A model generated the notes under the pieces. The model saw only the letters and a list, made by a program, of their open reading frames with translations, was not told where the DNA came from and made no database searches. Shown here piece by piece: positions 1 to 9,585 of a DNA stretch of 64,000 nucleotides. Positions within the stretch are counted from its first letter, which is position 1. Each line of letters begins with the position of its first letter. Position numbers and translations under genes: made by a program. This DNA comes from Idiomarina sp. (GTDB lineage: Bacteria > Pseudomonadota > Gammaproteobacteria > Enterobacterales > Alteromonadaceae), in NCBI GenBank assembly GCA_022565355.1, contig JAIUMU010000003.1:119989-183988 (forward strand), given 5' to 3'.

Positions 1-243
1 AATGGATGGTTTATGCAAGCGCTTGCGGATATCACCGGCCATTCGGTACTACGTGCCGATACTGCAGAAATTAGCGTGCGCGGCGCCGCCTTTTTGGCTG
101 GATTGCAGGCAGGCATGTACCATTCACTCAGTGAACTTAATGCGCTGTGTAGCAGCAAAGGCAACTTTACCCCAGCAATTACCAGCGAAGATCGAAACGC
201 GTTATATGAACGGTGGTTAGCAGGTGTGGAAAAAATTAGGTAA
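1..243 (+). CDS. FGGY-family carbohydrate kinase (glycerol kinase/xylulokinase-like), C-terminal fragment running off the left edge
   Basis: Frame 1 is open from base 1 (NGWFMQALADITG...RGAAFLAGLQAG...ALYERW), which resembles the C-terminus of FGGY sugar kinases. Stop at 241-243. Confidence 0.6.
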   Translation, partial: NGWFMQALADITGHSVLRADTAEISVRGAAFLAGLQAGMYHSLSELNALCSSKGNFTPAITSEDRNALYERWLAGVEKIR

Positions 244-281
244 GATGTGTGCCCTTTTTTCAATTTGCAGCGTAGGTTTTT

Positions 282-713
282 ATGCAAGAGCCACACATGG
301 ATCAGGAAGCACGTTTACTCGCGGCGGTAAAAGCAGCGCAAACGAAAGCGTATGCCCCCTATTCTAATTTTCCAGTAGGTGCCGCAATCATTGCTGATAA
401 TGGCGAAGTTTATAGCGGCTGCAACGTAGAAAATGCTTCTTACCCTGAAGGTACATGCGCCGAAGCAGGCGCCATTGCAGCGATGGTAATGGCAGGCGGC
501 CGCAAGATTCAAAAAATTTACGTGATCGGTAACGGTGAAGGCTTGGTTTCACCCTGCGGTGGATGTAGACAACGCATTCGCGAATTCGCCCATGCCGACA
601 CTACAGTGCACATATGTGGCCCCGAAGGTGTGCGCGCGGTAATGAAATTACACGATTTATTACCACATTCATTTGGCCCCGAACAATTACACACTCATTC
701 TGCACAGGAGTAG
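282..713 (+). CDS. cdd: cytidine deaminase (small homotetrameric type)
   Basis: Zinc-ligand motifs CAE (TCAEAGAI) and PCGGCRQ are present. It sits first in a deo-type operon. The start may be the internal ATG at 297. Confidence 0.9.
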   Translation: MQEPHMDQEARLLAAVKAAQTKAYAPYSNFPVGAAIIADNGEVYSGCNVENASYPEGTCAEAGAIAAMVMAGGRKIQKIYVIGNGEGLVSPCGGCRQRIREFAHADTTVHICGPEGVRAVMKLHDLLPHSFGPEQLHTHSAQE

Positions 714-717
714 TAGC

Positions 718-1566
718 ATGGCAGAGTTAGCGTTACACGAGTTAACCCCAGAACAACAAGCGGCAAAGGCGTTTTCCTTGTTGGATTTAACCAGCCTTAC
801 CGATGCCGAAACCGCGGCTGATATTCAAGCAGTGGTAGATAACGCTAGCTGGCGTGATGCCGAAGGTACCCGCATTCATGTGGCGGCCTTGTGTTTGTTT
901 CCCCGCTTCTTACCGCTGGCCCGCAAGCTATTAGATGCGCAAGAACTTTATGCCGTGCGCTTGGCTACGGTAACCAACTTCCCTGCCGGCGGTGATGATA
1001 TTGATATTGCCGTAAAAGAAACCGCTGCCGCAGTAGCATACGGTGCCGATGAAGTAGATGTAGTACTGCCCTACCAAGCCTTGTTAGCGGGCGATACCCG
1101 CACCCCATTACAACTCGTACAAGCCTGTAAAGCGGCCTGCGGCCAACATGTGCAGCTAAAAGTAATTCTGGAAACCGGCGTTTTAGCCTCTGCGCAACTG
1201 ATTCAGCAGGCCAGTGATACCGCCATTGCAGGTGGTGCCGATTTTATTAAAACATCTACCGGCAAAGTAGCTGTTAATGCTACTGCAGAAGCAGCAGAAA
1301 TTATGCTTGCGCGCATTGCTGCCGATATTGCCCGCCAACAAGCTACCCAAAGTAGCGCGCATCCGGCACGTGGCGTAGGTTTTAAGCCGGCTGGTGGCAT
1401 TCGCACTTTGGCCGATGCCATCATGTACATGCAAGCTGTAGAAACCCAGCTTGGTAGCGCAGGCCTGCACCCTAGCCGTTTCCGCCTAGGTGCTAGCTCA
1501 GTGCGCACCAATTTAGTGGCTACTCTAGAAGGTAGTCAAGAATCATCAGCAGCAGGAGGATACTAA
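718..1566 (+). CDS. deoC: deoxyribose-phosphate aldolase
   Basis: Carries the Schiff-base lysine motif FIKTSTGK and lies in deo operon context. ATG at 718 follows the cdd stop (711-713). The longer ORF from 673 overlaps cdd and is less likely. Confidence 0.9.
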   Translation: MAELALHELTPEQQAAKAFSLLDLTSLTDAETAADIQAVVDNASWRDAEGTRIHVAALCLFPRFLPLARKLLDAQELYAVRLATVTNFPAGGDDIDIAVKETAAAVAYGADEVDVVLPYQALLAGDTRTPLQLVQACKAACGQHVQLKVILETGVLASAQLIQQASDTAIAGGADFIKTSTGKVAVNATAEAAEIMLARIAADIARQQATQSSAHPARGVGFKPAGGIRTLADAIMYMQAVETQLGSAGLHPSRFRLGASSVRTNLVATLEGSQESSAAGGY

Positions 1567-1567
1567 G

Positions 1568-2896
1568 ATGTTGCCACAAGAGATTATTCGAGCGAAACGC
1601 GATGGCAAAACCCTCAGCCGCGAACAAATTGCTTTTTTCGTGAAGGGCATTACTGACAACACCGTAACAGATAGCCAAATTGCCGCTTTTGCAATGTCGG
1701 TTTATTTCAATGGCATGGCGATGCCAGAGCGCGTTGCCCTTACTGAAGAAATGATGAACTCGGGCAACGTAGTAAGCTGGGAAGGTATGGATTTAGGTGG
1801 CCCCATTGTTGATAAGCATTCAACAGGCGGGGTAAGTGATTCGGTAAGCTTGATGCTTGGCCCAATGGTTGCCGCGTGCGGTGGCTATGTGCCCATGATT
1901 GCTGGCCGTGGCCTTGGCCATACCGGCGGTACCTTAGATAAATTTGAAAGTATTCCTGGGTACAATATTCAGCCCGATTTGCAAGATTTTCAGCGTATTG
2001 TGAAAGATATTGGCGTGGCTATTATCGGCCAAACCGCGGATCTCGCGCCAGCCGACAAGCGTTTCTACAGTATTCGTGATATTACCGCTACGGTAGATTC
2101 TATTCCTTTGATTACCGCCTCTATTCTTTCTAAAAAGCTCTCTGCTGGCTTGGAATCATTAGCCATGGATGTGAAAACTGGCAATGGCGCCTTTATGACT
2201 AGCCTAGAGGATTCGCGCGGCTTAGCCAGCAGCATTGTAGCCGTAGCAAACGATGCTGGCGTGCGCACCTCTGCCACCATTACCGATATGAATGAAGCAT
2301 TAGGCGATACCGCAGGTAATGCCACGGAAATGCGTGAAGCCGTTGAGTACCTAACCGGTGTGCGCCGCAACCCGCGTTTACATGAAGTAACCATGGCATT
2401 GGCGAAGCAAATGCTGCAGCTAAGTGGTATTGCTAATACGGCGGAAGAGGCTGAAGCGAAGCTCAATGAAGCGCTAAATTCTGGCCGCGCCGCAGAGATA
2501 TTTGGCAAAATGGTACACGCATTAGGTGGGCCAGCTGATTTTGTTGAAAACTGGCAGCACTATTTGCCAAAAGCTCCCGTAGTAATGCCTGTATATGCAG
2601 ATATGCCGGGGTACATTGCGCAAGTAGCTACCCGTGAACTAGGCTTAGTAGTAGTAACCCTTGGTGGTGGCCGCCGCAATTCCGCAGATACCATTAACCA
2701 TGCTGTAGGCATCACTGATATTCAGCCAATCGGCACCTACATTGATAGTGATCGCCCACTTGCTTTCGTGCATGCGCAAGATGAAATCAGCGCTGCAGCG
2801 GCGGCGGTAGAATTGAAAGCATCGATTGGCTTAAGCGAAACATTGCCACAGCTAAACCCAGTGGTTTATGAGACACTTACTGCTAATGATGTTTAG
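1568..2896 (+). CDS. deoA: thymidine phosphorylase
   Basis: 442 aa with the KHSTGGV(S)D motif and a full-length DeoA-like sequence. Tightly coupled to deoC with a 1-nt gap. Confidence 0.95.
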   Translation: MLPQEIIRAKRDGKTLSREQIAFFVKGITDNTVTDSQIAAFAMSVYFNGMAMPERVALTEEMMNSGNVVSWEGMDLGGPIVDKHSTGGVSDSVSLMLGPMVAACGGYVPMIAGRGLGHTGGTLDKFESIPGYNIQPDLQDFQRIVKDIGVAIIGQTADLAPADKRFYSIRDITATVDSIPLITASILSKKLSAGLESLAMDVKTGNGAFMTSLEDSRGLASSIVAVANDAGVRTSATITDMNEALGDTAGNATEMREAVEYLTGVRRNPRLHEVTMALAKQMLQLSGIANTAEEAEAKLNEALNSGRAAEIFGKMVHALGGPADFVENWQHYLPKAPVVMPVYADMPGYIAQVATRELGLVVVTLGGGRRNSADTINHAVGITDIQPIGTYIDSDRPLAFVHAQDEISAAAAAVELKASIGLSETLPQLNPVVYETLTANDV

Positions 2897-2907
2897 GGAG
2901 TAACCTG

Positions 2908-4143
2908 ATGGCCCGTGCAATTATTCTTATGCTTGATTCGTTCGGCGTTGGCGCTAGTGCCGATGCCGAGGCGTTTGGTGATGTGGGTGCTAATACGTTT
3001 GGCCACATCGCGGCTGCCTGTGCAGCAGGAAAGGCAGATGAAGGTAGGCAAGGGCCGTTAAAGCTTCCCAATTTAGAAAAGCTTGGGCTGGGTTTGCTCG
3101 CTACCGAAAGTGGTGGCGAGCAACCAGCTGGCTTCACATACGATGGCCCAGTAAATGCACTTTACGGTTACGCCCAAGAGCTTAGCCGCGGTAAAGACAC
3201 ACCCAGTGGCCATTGGGAAATTGCCGGCGTACCCGTGCTATTCGATTGGCATTACTTCCCAAATACCGTGCCTACATTTCCTGCCGATTTCATTGCCGAA
3301 CTCATAGCGGAAGCGGATTTACCTGGCATTCTAGGCGATTGCCACGCCTCGGGTACGGAGATTATTGCCAAGCTCGGCGATGAACATATCGCCAGCGGTA
3401 AACCTATTATCTACACCTCAGCTGACAGTGTATTGCAAATTGCCGCCCATGAAGAAAGCTTTGGCTTACAACGCTTACTCACGCTGTGTGAGCTCGCGCG
3501 GAAAAAGCTAGATGCGCATAACTTACGCGTAGGGCGAGTAATTGCTCGGCCATTTGCTGGCACGAATGCAAACAACTTCAAACGAACGGCAAACCGCCGT
3601 GATTACTCAGTGCTGCCACCGGCACCCACTGTGCTGGATAAGTTGGTAGCAGCCGGTGGTGAAGTAATCAGCATTGGTAAAATTGCCGATATATACGCCC
3701 ATCAAGGGATTACCCAAAGCGTAAAAGCAAGTGGCAACGATGCCATTTTCAACGCCACTCTTGCGGCCATTCAGGTGGCGCCAGAACAAAGTATCATTTT
3801 CCCAAACTTCGTGGATTTTGATATGGAGTATGGCCATCGCCGCAACGTGCCGGGCTACGCGCGCGCTTTAGAAGCCTTTGATCAGCGCTTGCCAGAACTA
3901 ATTGCCGCTCTAAAGCCGGGCGATCGAGTATTTATTGCCGCCGATCATGGTTGCGATCCTACCTGGCCAGGAAGCGATCATACCCGCGAATATATTCCGG
4001 TGATCTGCTTTGGCCCTGATTTAGAAATTCCAGCCACGGGCGGAAACATTGGCCGCCGCGCAAGTTTTGCGGATATCGGCCAAAGTATTGCTAGCCACCT
4101 TGGTTTACCCGCTACCGAGTATGGCGAAAGTTTTTTAAAGTAA
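2908..4143 (+). CDS. deoB: phosphopentomutase
   Basis: 411 aa. N-terminus ([11 protein letters not shown]) and C-terminus (ADHGCDPTW...DHTREYIP) are typical of DeoB. Confidence 0.95.
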   Translation: MARAIILMLDSFGVGASADAEAFGDVGANTFGHIAAACAAGKADEGRQGPLKLPNLEKLGLGLLATESGGEQPAGFTYDGPVNALYGYAQELSRGKDTPSGHWEIAGVPVLFDWHYFPNTVPTFPADFIAELIAEADLPGILGDCHASGTEIIAKLGDEHIASGKPIIYTSADSVLQIAAHEESFGLQRLLTLCELARKKLDAHNLRVGRVIARPFAGTNANNFKRTANRRDYSVLPPAPTVLDKLVAAGGEVISIGKIADIYAHQGITQSVKASGNDAIFNATLAAIQVAPEQSIIFPNFVDFDMEYGHRRNVPGYARALEAFDQRLPELIAALKPGDRVFIAADHGCDPTWPGSDHTREYIPVICFGPDLEIPATGGNIGRRASFADIGQSIASHLGLPATEYGESFLK

Positions 4144-4170
4144 CTGCGCCTGCACCGCTACAAAGAATTG

Positions 4171-4215
4171 CACAAAAAAGCCCGATGTTGATTCGCAACA
4201 TCGGGCTTTATTTTA
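4171..4215. terminator. bidirectional rho-independent terminator between deoB and the S9 peptidase gene
   Basis: 13-bp perfect stem: aagcccgatgttg (4178-4190) pairs with caacatcgggctt (4196-4208), 5-nt loop. A-run upstream and T-rich run downstream, so it works on both strands. Confidence 0.7.
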
Positions 4216-4233
4216 CTGATGGTAACTCAGCGT

Positions 4234-6339
4234 TTACTGCTTATATTTTTCAAACCATGCCAATGCATGTTCGATTTTCATAATCATGCGCGAAGGCCGA
4301 GTGGATATGCCGTGCGAGGCGCCTGGAATTCGCACCATTGCCGTATCTACACCACGTAATTGCAACGCCTGATAGAACTGTTCACTATCTGAGATTGGCG
4401 TACGGCGATCATTTTCACCGGTAAGCATCAGCGTAGGCGTAGTTACATTGCCCACTAATGATAATGGCGAGCGCTGCCAATAATGCTCATGCTCTTCCCA
4501 TGGCATACCAGGGAATTGGTTGGCTATTTGCCCCACATAGCTATCAGCGGTAAGTACTTTCGATACCCAATTAATCACTGGATTAGTTGCTACCGCGGCA
4601 TTAAAGCGATCCGTTAAACCCACTGCATAGGCAGTTGCGATACCACCGGCTGAACCGCCAGTGATAAACAGGTTGTTGGTGTCAACGAAGCCTTTTTCGA
4701 TTAACGCATCCATACCCGACATATGATCGGCAAAATCGTAGGGCGAAGAGTAATTATTGTTTAACAACATCGCGAAATCATAGCCGTAGGAGCTGCTTCC
4801 ACGGTAATTGTTGTAAAACACGATGTACCCTTCTGCTGCATAACGCTGCAATTCTGCTGCGAAATAGGGCCCGTATGCTAAATGAGGGCCGCCATGAATT
4901 TCAATCATGAGCGGGTATTCTTTACTCGCATCAAAACCCGGAGGCGTAATATACCAACCGTGAATTTCGGTATTATCGTAGCTAGAGTTATAGGTAAACT
5001 CATGCACTTCGCCCAGCTCGCGTTGGCCAAGCAGGTTTTCATTCAATCGGGTAAGTACACGAGCATCACCACCTTGCCATACCGCTACATTGCCAAGCCG
5101 ATGCGCAGTGGCTTGGGTATACGCGAGAACGCCGCTACCAGAGGCACTGAACATTCCCCCTAAATATGGGCGTCCGTTGCTACCCGTGCCTACATCGTTC
5201 ACCAAATCGGTATGGCGCCCACCTCGAGCTGCCACCCGCGCTAACTTTAGGCGGCCGCGATCGGCATATTGAAAGGCGATTGTGTTCGCATTCAGCCAGC
5301 TTGGTGATTCTATTGAACGATCAAAATCGCTGAGCAATTCAGTGATTTCAGGATTATTTCCATGTGAACGCCAGTTCATCACCTGAAGTTTGGCGTTGCG
5401 ATAAGGCTCAGGCTCGCCAGAACTATGCAAGAAGGCTAAGCTGCGGCCATCAGGAGAAAAGCTCGGTGCGTATTCACGGCCCGCAGTGTGGGTGATTTGG
5501 GTAAGCTCTGCACTCTCCAACGATACCTTAAATAAGTTTGCTTCTAGCGTGTGATATTCCCAATCATCGCGGCGGTTTGCAGAAAACACGATTGCGCTGC
5601 TATCAGGTACCCAAGCAAGTTGGCCACCATGGTTGTAATTCCCACTGGTAAGTTGGCGCTCCGCGCCTCCTTCAGCGCTTACCACGAAGAGCTGGCGATA
5701 TGCACTATCTAATAAACCGCGGCCATCTGCTTGGTAATAGGTGCGCTCTACAATGATGGCAGGCTCAGACCATTTAGCGCCCTCTGGCCGTGCTGGCCGA
5801 TATACCGAGCGTGCAAAATCGGTAGTAGGTGCCAATACCTCCATACTGAAGGCGATATGCTTGCCATCAGGTGCCCAAGTTACATCGCTTACGCCACGGC
5901 GCACATCGGTAATACGTGCCGTTTTATTCTGCTCTAACCAATGCACATGAATTTGCGAGCTACCGCTCATATTACTAATGAAAGCAACGCGCTTACCATC
6001 TGCAGACCAACGTGGGCTACTGTACTGATGCTCATCAGCAAATAGTGGGGTTTTCTCACCACTACGCACATCCACTAACCATAAGCTACGGCGAGTGCTG
6101 TCGGTCATAATATCGTTGCTGTGGCGCACATAAATAATGTGTCTGCCATCCGGGCTAACCTGCACATCATTGGCCCATTCAAGTGCAAAAATATCTTCGG
6201 CAGTAAACTTCGTAGCTTGCGTTTCAACTTGCGCTGCTGCGATACCCGTAGCTAATAACACACTCATAAAGAGCGCTTGTAGCCATAGGCGAGGCCCGCG
6301 CTGCAGCGGCCTGTTCGTGTTTGTGGATGAGAATCGCAT
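4234..6339 (-). CDS. S9 family serine peptidase (prolyl oligopeptidase / acylaminoacyl-peptidase-like), secreted
   Basis: 701 aa with an N-terminal signal-like segment and beta-propeller-like repeats. C-terminal catalytic GGSAGG serine motif, plus ENDRRTP (Asp) and GASHG (His). Confidence 0.85.
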   Translation of the reverse strand: MRFSSTNTNRPLQRGPRLWLQALFMSVLLATGIAAAQVETQATKFTAEDIFALEWANDVQVSPDGRHIIYVRHSNDIMTDSTRRSLWLVDVRSGEKTPLFADEHQYSSPRWSADGKRVAFISNMSGSSQIHVHWLEQNKTARITDVRRGVSDVTWAPDGKHIAFSMEVLAPTTDFARSVYRPARPEGAKWSEPAIIVERTYYQADGRGLLDSAYRQLFVVSAEGGAERQLTSGNYNHGGQLAWVPDSSAIVFSANRRDDWEYHTLEANLFKVSLESAELTQITHTAGREYAPSFSPDGRSLAFLHSSGEPEPYRNAKLQVMNWRSHGNNPEITELLSDFDRSIESPSWLNANTIAFQYADRGRLKLARVAARGGRHTDLVNDVGTGSNGRPYLGGMFSASGSGVLAYTQATAHRLGNVAVWQGGDARVLTRLNENLLGQRELGEVHEFTYNSSYDNTEIHGWYITPPGFDASKEYPLMIEIHGGPHLAYGPYFAAELQRYAAEGYIVFYNNYRGSSSYGYDFAMLLNNNYSSPYDFADHMSGMDALIEKGFVDTNNLFITGGSAGGIATAYAVGLTDRFNAAVATNPVINWVSKVLTADSYVGQIANQFPGMPWEEHEHYWQRSPLSLVGNVTTPTLMLTGENDRRTPISDSEQFYQALQLRGVDTAMVRIPGASHGISTRPSRMIMKIEHALAWFEKYKQ

Positions 6340-6406
6340 GGGTGTTCCCTCTTATCTGTTTTTTAATACATCAACTATGCGTGCAAAGATTAGCGAGTGC
6401 AAGCCG

Positions 6407-7087
6407 TTAGGCTGTTAGTACCTGCTGTAAAAATGCGCGTATATCTTGCAGCTGCTCGGCACATACTTGATGCGCCATTGGGTAGGTTTTATAGGTTACC
6501 GGGTAGTTTCGCTCACTCAGCCACGCCTTTGCTTGCTCACCGAGCTGCACAGGCACCACCGGATCTTGGCTGCCATGGTGAATAAGAATAGGCGTGGCCT
6601 GCTGCGCTAAATTCGGCTGTATAGAAGCATGTGTTGCTAAGTAGGTGGAAAGGCACATGATTCCAGCCAGTTTTTTATCGTATGTAAGCGCCGCTTCGTA
6701 CGCCACCGCACCACCCTGCGAGAATCCAGCAAGCACAATGCGATGCGCTGGAATACCCCGCGCAATTTCCCGTTCAATTAATGCTATAGCCTGCTGTGCA
6801 GAGGATCTTAGCTGATTCTCATCAACACTACGATCAATGGACATCTCCAAAATATCGTACCATGCCGGCATTTGCATACCGCCATTAATGGTTACTGGAA
6901 TTCTTGGTGCGTGCGGAAACACAAAGCGCGCATGAACGCCATTGGTAAGCTGCAGATGAGGTACCACGGGCTCGAAATCATGCCCATCCGCACCTAAACC
7001 ATGTAACCAAATTACCACTGCATTTGCTGGCTGCTGCGGTTCAACTTCTACACAAGGGAGTAAATTCATTGCTAATCCTGTATTCAA
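6407..7087 (-). CDS. carboxylesterase/phospholipase family alpha/beta hydrolase
   Basis: GFSQGG nucleophile elbow, HGSQDPVVP (Asp) and MAHQV (His). About 220 aa, typical of esterase II-like proteins. Confidence 0.8.
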   Translation of the reverse strand: MNTGLAMNLLPCVEVEPQQPANAVVIWLHGLGADGHDFEPVVPHLQLTNGVHARFVFPHAPRIPVTINGGMQMPAWYDILEMSIDRSVDENQLRSSAQQAIALIEREIARGIPAHRIVLAGFSQGGAVAYEAALTYDKKLAGIMCLSTYLATHASIQPNLAQQATPILIHHGSQDPVVPVQLGEQAKAWLSERNYPVTYKTYPMAHQVCAEQLQDIRAFLQQVLTA

Positions 7088-7125
7088 ATACGTTTGCTAC
7101 TGCTGTTATTTAATCAACCCAGAAA

Positions 7126-7539
7126 CTATTTTACGAGCTCTGTGGGAATGGCCAATTGGCTATTCATTAACGTGCGATGTACTGGGCATTTATTGGCGAT
7201 TTCGAGCAAACGTTGGCGCTGTTCATCATCAAGGTTGCCCTCAATATGAATATGCCGCTCTATCGATTCTGCACCCTTCTCGCCCTTAACGTGGCGCAAA
7301 TCTACGGTAACCTTCTCTAATGCCCATTCTTTGCGTTTTGCATACATGCGTAATGTCATTGAGGTGCACGCACCCAAGCCTGCCATCACCATTTCCATCG
7401 GCGCGGGGCCTTCATCGGCACCGCCTAAGCTTTCGGGCTCATCGGCTAACCAACGGTGATTGTAAGTAGTAACTTGGTTGGTAAATGGCGCCATCTTTTC
7501 TTCAACGCGCACACACCCTTCTTGTACTTCATGGCTCAT
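7126..7539 (-). CDS. OsmC family peroxiredoxin-like protein
   Basis: Two conserved Cys motifs (GACTSMT, NKCPVHR). Start placed at MSHEV, which has AGGAG 7 nt upstream. The ORF track start at 7560 lacks an RBS. Confidence 0.8.
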   Translation of the reverse strand: MSHEVQEGCVRVEEKMAPFTNQVTTYNHRWLADEPESLGGADEGPAPMEMVMAGLGACTSMTLRMYAKRKEWALEKVTVDLRHVKGEKGAESIERHIHIEGNLDDEQRQRLLEIANKCPVHRTLMNSQLAIPTELVK

Positions 7540-7614
7540 GTTTGTGCTCCTGTGTAACACCGGTTGCAGCCTAGATTCACATGCATTTAATAACGATATG
7601 TAACAATTGCTGCC

Positions 7615-7650
7615 GCAAAAAATAGAAAGCCCCGGCGCTGCCGAGGCTTT
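7615..7650 (-). terminator. rho-independent terminator downstream of the aminopeptidase gene
   Basis: Minus-strand hairpin aaagcctcggcagcgccggggcttt, followed by ctatttttt. Confidence 0.55.
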
Positions 7651-7680
7651 GATAATACATGAAAATATTTCAAGATGCGC

Positions 7681-9225
7681 TTATTCAGCAGAGTACAGTT
7701 TCACCCACTCTGTAAGCAAACGAACGCCATACCCGGTAGCGCCTTCCGGATGAATGCCCTGCGGGCTTTGAATGAGTGCATTACCCGCCATATCAATATG
7801 TACCCAAGGGGTATCACCAGCAAAATGCTGCAAGAATATAGCGCCAGCTTGGGCACCCGGAGACCCTGTATTGATACGATCAGCAATGCGGCTATTCACA
7901 ATGCCAGGGTAAGGGCCTAACGGTAACTGCCATACCAATTCATTGGTATTTTCACCCGCAACACGAAGGGTATTGATAATACTATCGTGCTCACTGAAGA
8001 TCGCTGAGTATGCAGTGCCTAATGCGCCAACTTTTGCACCCGTTAAGGTGGCGATATCGGCAATTACACGTGGGTTAAAGTGCTCACGTGCATACCAAAT
8101 ACCGTCTGCTAAAATTAAGCGGCCTTCCGCATCCGTGTTACCCACTTCAATCGTTGTGCCATCGCCTGCAGTAACCACATCGCCTGGCAACTGTGCTTCA
8201 CCAGAAATCATGTTGTGCGAAAGCGGCGCTACGGCTACTACGTTTAAAGGTGCATTTTGTAATGCTAATGCTTTCACAGCTCCAACTACCGCAGCCGCGC
8301 CAGCTTTATCTGTTTGCATGGCTAAAATTGATGCTGCTGCAGTTTTTAGGTTATAGCCGCCCGTATCAAAGGTATTGCCTTTGCCCACTAGCGCAATCGG
8401 CTGTTCGTCGCTACCGCGCCAATGCGCCACTAGCAGATGCGCTTTGTGTTGGCTGCCTTGGCTCACGCCGTACAACGAGCCCATTCCTAATTCACGCACT
8501 TGTTCTGGGCCAAGAATGGTAATTTCAATACCTAAGGGCTCTAGCTCGGCCCGCACAATTTCCGCAAATGCTGCTGGATAGCCGCTACTGCCTGGCAGAT
8601 TAGTGAGCTCGCGCGCCAAAAATACGCCGTGCGCAATGCCGCTGAACTCAGCGTATTGGCTTGCTGCATCACTATCCCCTACCACTAACCATTCGAATGT
8701 TTGTGCTGGCCGCGCAGCCGGTTCGCTTTTAAAGCGATCAAAACGGTAGTTTCGCAAATCAATACCGTGCGCCATAGCCGCCACAATACGGGCGTTAGCA
8801 GTAGCATCCGCAACTAAGCGAGAATCGATATGAATAGTTTCTGCTTTCGTAGCATTCACATGGTTTGCTAGCGATGCGCCTATTTCTTCGGCGGTTACAC
8901 GGGTTAGTTCATTAGGTGCACCAACACCTACCAGCACAACACGCTGCTCACTAAGGCCAGCTGGCGCGATAACAACCAATTCTTGCTTCGCTGCACCCGT
9001 AAACTCTCCTACTTGCATGGCACGATTCACGTGGCGAGTTGTGTCTCGGCTCCAGCCGCGCACAGCCAACTCTTCTGTATCAGCGGGCACCAATACCACG
9101 AGTGTTTCTGCAGAGCCGCTTAAGCGCTCGGTAAAATTCATTTTTGTATGTAAGTATTCAGCTGATGCCGAGAACGACATTGCGGTTAATGCAACCGCGG
9201 CAGCGAACCAACGCATTAGTTTCAT
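7681..9225 (-). CDS. M17 leucyl aminopeptidase, secreted/periplasmic form
   Basis: NTDAEGRL signature and VGKGxTFDTGG motif. N-terminal signal peptide MKLMRWFAAAVALTAMSFSASA. Confidence 0.9.
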   Translation of the reverse strand: MKLMRWFAAAVALTAMSFSASAEYLHTKMNFTERLSGSAETLVVLVPADTEELAVRGWSRDTTRHVNRAMQVGEFTGAAKQELVVIAPAGLSEQRVVLVGVGAPNELTRVTAEEIGASLANHVNATKAETIHIDSRLVADATANARIVAAMAHGIDLRNYRFDRFKSEPAARPAQTFEWLVVGDSDAASQYAEFSGIAHGVFLARELTNLPGSSGYPAAFAEIVRAELEPLGIEITILGPEQVRELGMGSLYGVSQGSQHKAHLLVAHWRGSDEQPIALVGKGNTFDTGGYNLKTAAASILAMQTDKAGAAAVVGAVKALALQNAPLNVVAVAPLSHNMISGEAQLPGDVVTAGDGTTIEVGNTDAEGRLILADGIWYAREHFNPRVIADIATLTGAKVGALGTAYSAIFSEHDSIINTLRVAGENTNELVWQLPLGPYPGIVNSRIADRINTGSPGAQAGAIFLQHFAGDTPWVHIDMAGNALIQSPQGIHPEGATGYGVRLLTEWVKLYSAE

Positions 9226-9585
9226 GAGGTTTTCCTTTTAGGTGCTTACGAACAAACATATAGCCTTGTAATAAAGTGGTACAAGAGTGCAAAAAAATAC
9301 CACTCAGCACAAGCGAAAGTGGGTGAAGCGCGACAATTTGGCGTTGATTGTAGGGGTTCAAGGAAATTCGCGAAACAGTTACGGGACTGTATTTCCATTT
9401 TGTTCGTAAACTCGCGAAACAGCAGCCCCGCAAGTGGTGATTTTAAGTGATTATTAAATTAACAAAAAATCAACATCTATTAGTGGTAAGATAGCGTAAA
9501 TTTTCTCACTTCAGCAATATACGGGCGTATATATATTCACGTGTTCTTATAAACGTTTTAAATTAAGGCGGGTGAACAACATTTG

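Noticed and set aside
1183-2508. Minus-strand ORFs (95, 102 and 147 aa) inside deoC and deoA
   Set aside because: They are antisense to strongly supported housekeeping genes. They are typical GC-rich shadow ORFs.
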